Assembly: GCA_001179505.1 (NCBI GenBank)
Contig: CDMY01001064.1
Coordinates: 124,001 to 188,000, forward strand
Origin: Vitrella brassicaformis CCMP3155
Lineage: Eukaryota > Protista > Chromerida
Direction of reading: 5' to 3'
DNA: 64,000 bases
In this document: positions 57,244-64,000 of the stretch, piece by piece
How the letters are laid out: each line of letters begins with the position of its first letter
Numbering within the stretch: position 1 is the first letter of the stretch
The notes under the pieces: generated by a model
The model's input: the letters and a program-made list of their open reading frames with translations, nothing else
Told to the model about the DNA's origin: nothing
The model's database searches: none
Program-made: the position numbers and the translations under genes

Positions 57244-60200
57244 ATGGCGCTGCACGGTCCTGCGGCTGGCGAGACGGATGTGTGTGGAGACGCCAGTTGT
57301 GACCGTGACTTGAGCGACGCGGGTTTGCAGGAGGAGATAGCGGTGTATGCGGAGGAGCATTCCGTCAAGGGTGCAGCCAAGAAGTACAACCTGGGGCGTG
57401 ACGTGGTGCGTGTGTTCCTGGAGAAGCATCGCAAGGGCTTGTACAAGGCCAGGCCCTGGTACCTCAAATGGATCTCATGCGCACACAGAAACATCAACGG
57501 CGCTCTCCAATACATCTCGGTGAGGGGGTGTCAGAGTCAGTCAGAGAGGAGAGAGGAAGGGAAGCCGTGTTTGTGTCTGTGTCGGTGTCTGTGAGTGTGG
57601 TGGGGACACCTTTGTTGTGTGTTGTGGTGGTGTGCTGTGCTGTGCTGTGGTGTGTTGTGTTGTGTTGTGTCAGTTTTCCGGTGTGGAGGAGGACGACAAG
57701 GCGTTGCGTGACCTCCAGGCCATCGAGCGGCAGCGGGAGAGGGACCTGCAGGCCAGGGACAAGAAGACCAAGGAATACAAAGACCCCACACACGCCACAC
57801 CGTCACCGTCACCGCCGTCGTCACCTGCGCCACCCACAGCCACACCCGGGCAGCCCCGCACAGAAACCGCCAAGCCGTAAGACAAGACCTCACTGACCAG
57901 CTTAGCTACTTGCGTTGCCATGCATGACACAGCAAAGCCACAAAGCGTATATATGTGTGTTTTGTGTTTTCTGTGTTGCAGTGGAGTTGTGTCTGGCAAG
58001 GATGGTGCCAAGAAGAAGACGCGAAGCAAGGCCACCGGAGCCACCAAGGACGCCACACAGCCCGACGAGTAAGAAAGAGATGATTCCAACGTCCACCACA
58101 CACACACACGTGTGAATGTCGTTTCCCTCCTTGCCTCTGTGGGCTCGTGTGTGTGTGTGTGTGTGTGTGCAGTGTGTGTACTGGTCGCACCAAGCCCGCC
58201 GTGTCCGACGTCTCAACTGCCCCATCTGTGCCCGCAAAAGGTGAACAGAACAAACACTCAGCCCACAACACAGGCAGTGCAGTGCATCTGTGGTGGCTGC
58301 CATTCATCTCTATCTCTCTCTCTCTCTCTCCGTCTGTGTGTGCAGTTGGCAGCCCATCGCTTTCCTCACACCCGCTCGTTCTCCCAATGCCCGAAGCTGG
58401 CAGGTGCGCAGCACAGCACAGCACACAAAGCACATACACTTGCCCTGCAGCCATTAATGGCTCCATGCATGTCTTGGCTGTGATGTGAATGTGTGTGTCA
58501 GTGGTTCTGACATGAATGTGCTTGGGGTCCGTCGGCTGGCCAAGGACTCCTCCGCATCCACCAAAGACACACTCGACAGTGACGCGACAGACAGGTGGGT
58601 GAAGTGAGTCGATAGATATATCGACCAACACACACACCACACGACACAACACACGTGCAACGGTCCGTCTTTGTCTCCTTCACTCACTCCTCAGTGGCAA
58701 CGCGAGCAGCGGCCGCCTGCCCCCGTCTGACAGCAGCACCGGGGACTTCACCCCCTCCCCATCCGACGCACTCAAGGGGGACCACACCGCTGACGACACA
58801 TCCGGGGGGGCATCACCCACCAACACCGACACACTCGGCGGCTGCAGCGCCACCTCTCACACCGGCACCTCCGTGACGGGCTTGTGTGGGATGAGCCACA
58901 GCAGCAACGGCGCCTCCGTGTTGAGCAGTGTCGACATGAACGCATTCCCCACAGAGCGGAGCATCTTGGGCGGCCGTGGTGGGGCCGGCGAGAGCGACGG
59001 CAGCTGCGACGTCGTGGTTGGTGCTGATAGTGGCGTTGTTGGTGTGGACGGTGGTGTTGAGGGCGAGAGGGAGGCCGATGCAGGTGTGGGTGTGGTGGAG
59101 GCGCCCGACCGCACGCCCGTCACTGTGGTGCCCGTGCGTGAGGACAAGAAGGATGACGTGGCGCCCCCGACCAAGAGCGATCACAGCAAAGGTACGTACG
59201 CTACGCGGCACCTTACCTTCACCCTCACCCACTGTACTGACTGGTGTGTTTGTTGTGCCAGACGGCAAGAGTGTGGCTGTGAGTAGCGCATCCGTGAGTG
59301 TGGCTAGTGCCCCCCACCCGGCCCCTGGCAGCACCGGCGGCGGCAGCCGGCCGCCTCTGTCGGCCACCGAGAAAAGTCTGCTCAAAGTGCAGCGAAAACT
59401 CAGAGAAATCGAAACACTCATGCAGAGGTATGTTTGGTTTTAACAGATCCCCTGACGGACGGACGGCACACACACACGGAGGGAGACGGATGGATGGATG
59501 CCTTGTCTCTCTCTCTCTCTCTCTCTCTGTGTCTGTGTGTGTCTGTGTGTGTGTGTGCAGGCGTGTCAGTGGGGTCAGTATGGAGTCTACTCAGCTGCAG
59601 AAGATCTCGAAACGGCCGCAGCTCCTGGTCGAGGAGGCCACCCTACTCAGTAATAGGAATACTGACTGACACCTCACACACATGCATTGCAACACCGCCA
59701 CTCACTCCTTCATTCACTCACCGTTGGTCTCTCTCTGTGCTGCCTCCCTCCCTCCTTGACTGATGGATCAGACGATTTGCCGTGGGATTCACTGTTCTGT
59801 CGCAACGTTCCCAACGTGCCCAGCCCCCCCACCCGCCCCATCACACACCCCCACCCCCCTCCCCAGCAGCAGCAGGACACCGACACACCCGAGGCCTCAC
59901 CTGCGTCGTTCCGCCAACACCTCGCACAGGCACACACAGAGAAAAAGCACGACCACACCGAGCGACAGCAGCAGCCCGCCAAAGCCAAGGTGGCCGAGCA
60001 GACCGAGGCGGCCACTTTGGCTGAGGAGAAGGTCGACGGCGCCAAGGACGACGGGCGCGCCGAGGACGACGCTCCGCAGGAGCAGGCAGGATGTGACGCG
60101 GGAGGCAATTTGTCCAAGGCCGGCGAGGGTGGTGGTGAGGTGGAGGTGGGTGCCGCGTCGTCCTCTGACGGTGCCGCAGGTCCCTGCTGGACGAGCGGCG

Positions 60201-63200
60201 AATACGGTCAGGATGACGACGGCGCACACACAGACACCCTCGGCCAGACCAAAGACAAGAAGGAGGACAAGGCCAATGATACTGATGGGGCGGCGGGTGG
60301 CGGTGGTGGTGTAGGTGTAGGTGTTGAGGACGATTCCGTGTGGCCGTCTCTGTCGGCTGCGGCCATCCCCCAGGCGCCCAAGACGGAGCGTGGCGTCAGT
60401 GTGAGTGAGACGGGGGAGGAGAAGGAGGCCGCCGGGTCGGCCATTGCGGCCGGGACGGGCGGCAGTGGTGGTGGTGGTGGCAAGGGCGGCAAGGGGCGCA
60501 AGACCACACGCATGAGGCCCCTGACAAGGTTCAACGGATCGCCGCACCCACGGTAGGTCAGGGAGGCGAGGCGGTAATCTAATCCATCAGCAGAGAGAGG
60601 AGCGATGCAGTCCGGGTGTGAGGTGCGTACTCTGTGTGTGTGTGTGTGTGTCTGTGTGAGTCAGTGCGCTGGTGGATTCCGGTAGCGTTGTTGGCGAGGG
60701 TGAAGGGGCGGGCGGCGACCAGCAGAAGCGCCGCACACGAAACGCATCCAATGCGACACCGAGACAGTAAGGAAACCCACAAAAGACAAAACACGACCGA
60801 CCAGCATCATCTCTCTCTGCCCTTCCCCGCTCATGTATGTGTCTCAGAGAATACCGTCCTGCGGTGGTCGCAGAGAGCAAGGGTACCACACCTGCCCACG
60901 CCCAGCACTCCGAGTCCGCCCTTGGCACCCACACCCACACCCACACCAAGAAGCCGTCGGGCCGTCGTGAGGAGTACCGACCCGTTGTGCGTAGAGCGAG
61001 TGCCGGTGCCACCACTGCTGGTGGCGGTGCTGATGGGGGCAGTAGTGGTGTTGTTGACACAAAGGACAAGGAGAGGGTGACAGTGGCGAGTTCTACTACT
61101 GAGGAGGGCCCCGTCGGCGCGTCGGGCAAGGCCGAGAGGGTGGACACGATTACCAAGGAGATTCAGACGCTGCAGGGTAGGCCACGTGCCAAGAACGACG
61201 GTCGAGTCAGCTGCGGGCCCTCGCTCATGGGTGTGGTGTTTGGTGCCTTGGCGTGCGCAGGTTTGTTGAGTGAGTGCGGCCGGTCGCAGTACAAGGTTGA
61301 GAAGAAACTCAAGGAAATCAACGCGCTCGAGGACAGGTACACACACACGGACACGGACACAGAACAGAGGAGGTAGGCAGGCACATAGAATGGTCAGACA
61401 GACAGACAAGTGAAGTGCGTCTGTTCTGTGTGGCTGTGTGGTCTGGTCTGGTTGTGTTGTGCAGCCTGGCTGCGGGCAAGCACCTGGAGGCCAACCAGAA
61501 GAGCAAGATCGACAGCAAAGAAGAGCTCACACAGAAAATCCAGGAAACCACTGGTATCTTGTGTTGCGCGTGACAGACACGCATCGAATGACACCCACCC
61601 ATCGCCTGTGCGTCTCTCTGTCCGCGTGTGTCACTCAGCGGAGTTCAAGGCGATCGAGTCGAAGCTGGCCACCCTCAAGAGCACCAAGGCCTCCCTCCAG
61701 CGCGACCTCGAGATCCTCTCCACCCGCCCTCGCCGACCACCCCCACAGCCATTCTCCGCCTCATTCGCAGAGGCGCGGCTCTCGCCAAACGCGACCAAGA
61801 TTACGCCTGCCCGCCACACACACCCCACCCCAGGCACCGGCACCGGCACCGGCAGCGGCAAACCGCCTCCCCCCACCGTGCCCCCATCGCCACACAAGCG
61901 GACTGTCGGCCGTGGGCTGATCCCTTTTCATGTGCCCGACGCGCCGCAGCGGCCCATGCAGGCTGGGGGCCGTGGCGGCATGACCGCCAGGAGCGGTGTT
62001 CGGCCGGTGAGTGCGCCGCCCGCTCGTGGCGCGTCGAACGAGACGCCCCCGTTGCTCAAGCGTGAGGTGGAGGGTGAGATGGAGACGGGTGCAGAGGGGG
62101 AGAGGGAGGTGGTCGGGGAGAAGAAGGACAAGCCGCAGGCCGCCGTCACCGATGACGCCGATGCGGAGGCGAAGAGCCAGATGAACGACATGATACCAGA
62201 GATGCAGTCGGCACAGACGGATCCGTCTCGCAGCCCGCCCGACGTGTCGCCGCCCATCTACTCCAACTACCCCAACTACCCGATGTCCCCGCACGGCGGC
62301 CCCTTCAGCCCCCTCGTCGGGCCGCATCCCTTCCTGCCCCACCCCCATGGCTACCACCCAATGCCGCACATCTACCCCACACCCGGCCCCGGCTATGGCT
62401 ATGGCTACGGCTACGGCCCCCACCAGCAGTATGGCCGTGGGCCTCTGCGCAGAGGCCGGGGTCGGTACTACGGCGGCCGGGGGCTGCGGGGAAGCGGCCA
62501 CTGGCACGAGTATGGCATGGGCATGGCCATGGGCGGCATGGGTATGATGGGCCCACACGAGTACGCTGTTCAAGTTGGTGTGGATGAGGGCTTGATGGCG
62601 AGCCCACCCCCAGTGCGGCCCCCGGTGCCATTCTCGGTCGACGTGGCCGCTGCTGCCGACGGAGGCAAGGAGGAGGAGGAGAGTGTCAAGGGGGAAAATG
62701 ACGACACAGACAAGGAGGTGAGCACGGCCGAACCTGAGTGCACACGCGTGTGCGCGCGGTTGGGGCTCACGTCCGTTGGTGTCTGCGTCTGAATGTTCTT
62801 ATCCTCAGGTGGAGAAGAAGGATGGCGATGGTGACGGCGCGGCGGATGCGGATGCTGCTGCTGCTGCTGCTGCTGCAGACTCAACCAAGACAGACAAGGA
62901 CAAAGACACTGCTGAAGGAGACGGTAGGCACCACACCACACGACACGGCACTGCATGGCGCGTCATGAAATGATACTTTGCGGTTGTGTCTGACGAGCAG
63001 CTCCCGATAACGACAACTCGCCGGACGACGCGGATGCCGCCCAAGAGCCGATTCCCGCGCTGCCGCCATTCGCAGGTGGCGGGATGCCTCCTCAGATGGA
63101 CTACAGACACCACGTGCCCAACCTACCGCCACCCACCACAAGTGAGGAAGCATCGAGCTAGGTCTCCTCGCAGGAGGAGAGGTGCGAGGTGGGAGGTGCA

Positions 63201-63451
63201 CTGACTGGTTGTGTGTTATGTATGGATTGTGTGCCAGCAGGTGTGAGCTCGAGTGTGGCCTACTACTACTACGAGCCCCTGCAGCACGCGTGGATTGAGG
63301 TAGGTGGGTGCGGCGAATTGATTAAGAGGGAGGGAGGGAGGGAGGCATAGCATCCACTCACTGGTGGAAACGATTGACGGCTGGGCTGTTGTCCTCTCTC
63401 TCCCCCTCTCTGCTGTCGTGCTGTGTGCAGGTGCGCCTCCCGCGCCTGTAG
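57244..63451 (+). CDS. Large low-complexity protein with N-terminal HTH-like segment, two eIF2A/PYM-like coiled motifs, RGG and Y/G/P-rich region
   Basis: Exons checked in phase from 57244 through most junctions (e.g. aagcc|gtaag to tgcag|tgga). EEIAVYAEEHSVKGAAKKYNLGRDVVRVF; EKSLLKVQRKLREIETL...QLQKISKR; KVEKKLKEINALEDSLAAGKHLEANQKSKI; GRGPLRRGRGRYYGGRG; ...AYYYYEPLQHAWIE|VRLPRL*. True start may be further upstream. Confidence 0.7.
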
Positions 63452-64000
63452 GTTCGACCCCCGTCAGTACCCATCCCATCGCACACCACCCACCCACGCC
63501 TCGTCACGTCACACGACCTTCCGTCTCCACTACACTACACCCCACCCACCACAGCCACCACAGTTCAGTGCGGTGCATACGTGTGGTGTCTGTCGTGTCA
63601 TGCTTTGTCATCTTCGTTGTGCGTTTTCATGTCGGGTCCACGGCCCGCCCATCCATCCATCCGTCCACCCATCCATCCCGCCATCACACCACACCCTCTT
63701 CTGATGTGTGTCGTGTCGTCCGTGCTGTGCATGCGATGCGTGTGTGTGTGCCTGCCTCCTGTGGTATTTGGCTAGATCCAAATTTTCACCCACCCACCCA
63801 CCCACACACATATCTCTGCCTGTGGACCGAGTGCACATGGGACGGGCGGCGCCATGTCATCTGTCTGTCTGTGTGGTGTGGGGGGGCGTGGCGTGTGTGG
63901 TGGAGTGGATGGAGAGTTCCCTCCTCCTTATTGTATTGTCGATCAATTAAGGGCGGCCGGCCGGCCGGCTGGCTCCTTGCAGTGTGTGGCACACACACTC

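Noticed and set aside
1-64000. tRNA, rRNA, snRNA or spliced-leader RNA genes
   Set aside because: No cloverleaf, T-loop or other conserved RNA signature was noticed; an Infernal/tRNAscan-SE run would be needed to exclude them fully.

Overview
Eukaryotic, GC-rich, very intron-dense genomic DNA with short GT-AG introns full of (CA)n/(GT)n/(GACA)n/(GGAT)n microsatellites. Several genes carry signal peptide + 'AF' bipartite plastid-targeting leaders. Together these suggest a photosynthetic alveolate, most like the chromerid Vitrella brassicaformis (inference only, no database search run). There are about 22 protein-coding loci, with exons stitched by hand from the ORF track and GT/AG sites, so boundaries are approximate. 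In order: DJ-1/PfpI; a TraB-like protein; a J-domain protein; a CCCH zinc-finger locus with an unresolved downstream module; a tandem pair of decayed protein-kinase copies; a TM + coiled-coil orphan; an ankyrin-HECT E3 ligase; a SOUL haem-binding protein; a very large orphan; LYRM5/ETFRF1 overlapping (ATGA) a bacterial-style TPR-SAM methyltransferase; an RCC1-repeat protein with an FG-rich tail; a ubiquitin-like fragment followed after 75 nt by a small basic ORF; a 300-N assembly gap; a coiled-coil orphan; two head-to-head secreted acidic proteins; two outward-facing PAO/Tic55-type Rieske oxygenases bracketing duplicated fasciclin (FAS1) genes; a DegT/DnrJ/EryC1 aminotransferase; and a large low-complexity protein with an HTH, two eIF2A/PYM-like motifs and an RGG region. 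I found no rRNA, tRNA, CRISPR array or intact transposon. The most promising leads are (1) candidate bicistronic loci, (2) the Rieske-FAS1 cassette, and (3) introns whose CA-rich 5' and GT-rich 3' halves can fold into splice-site-bridging hairpins.
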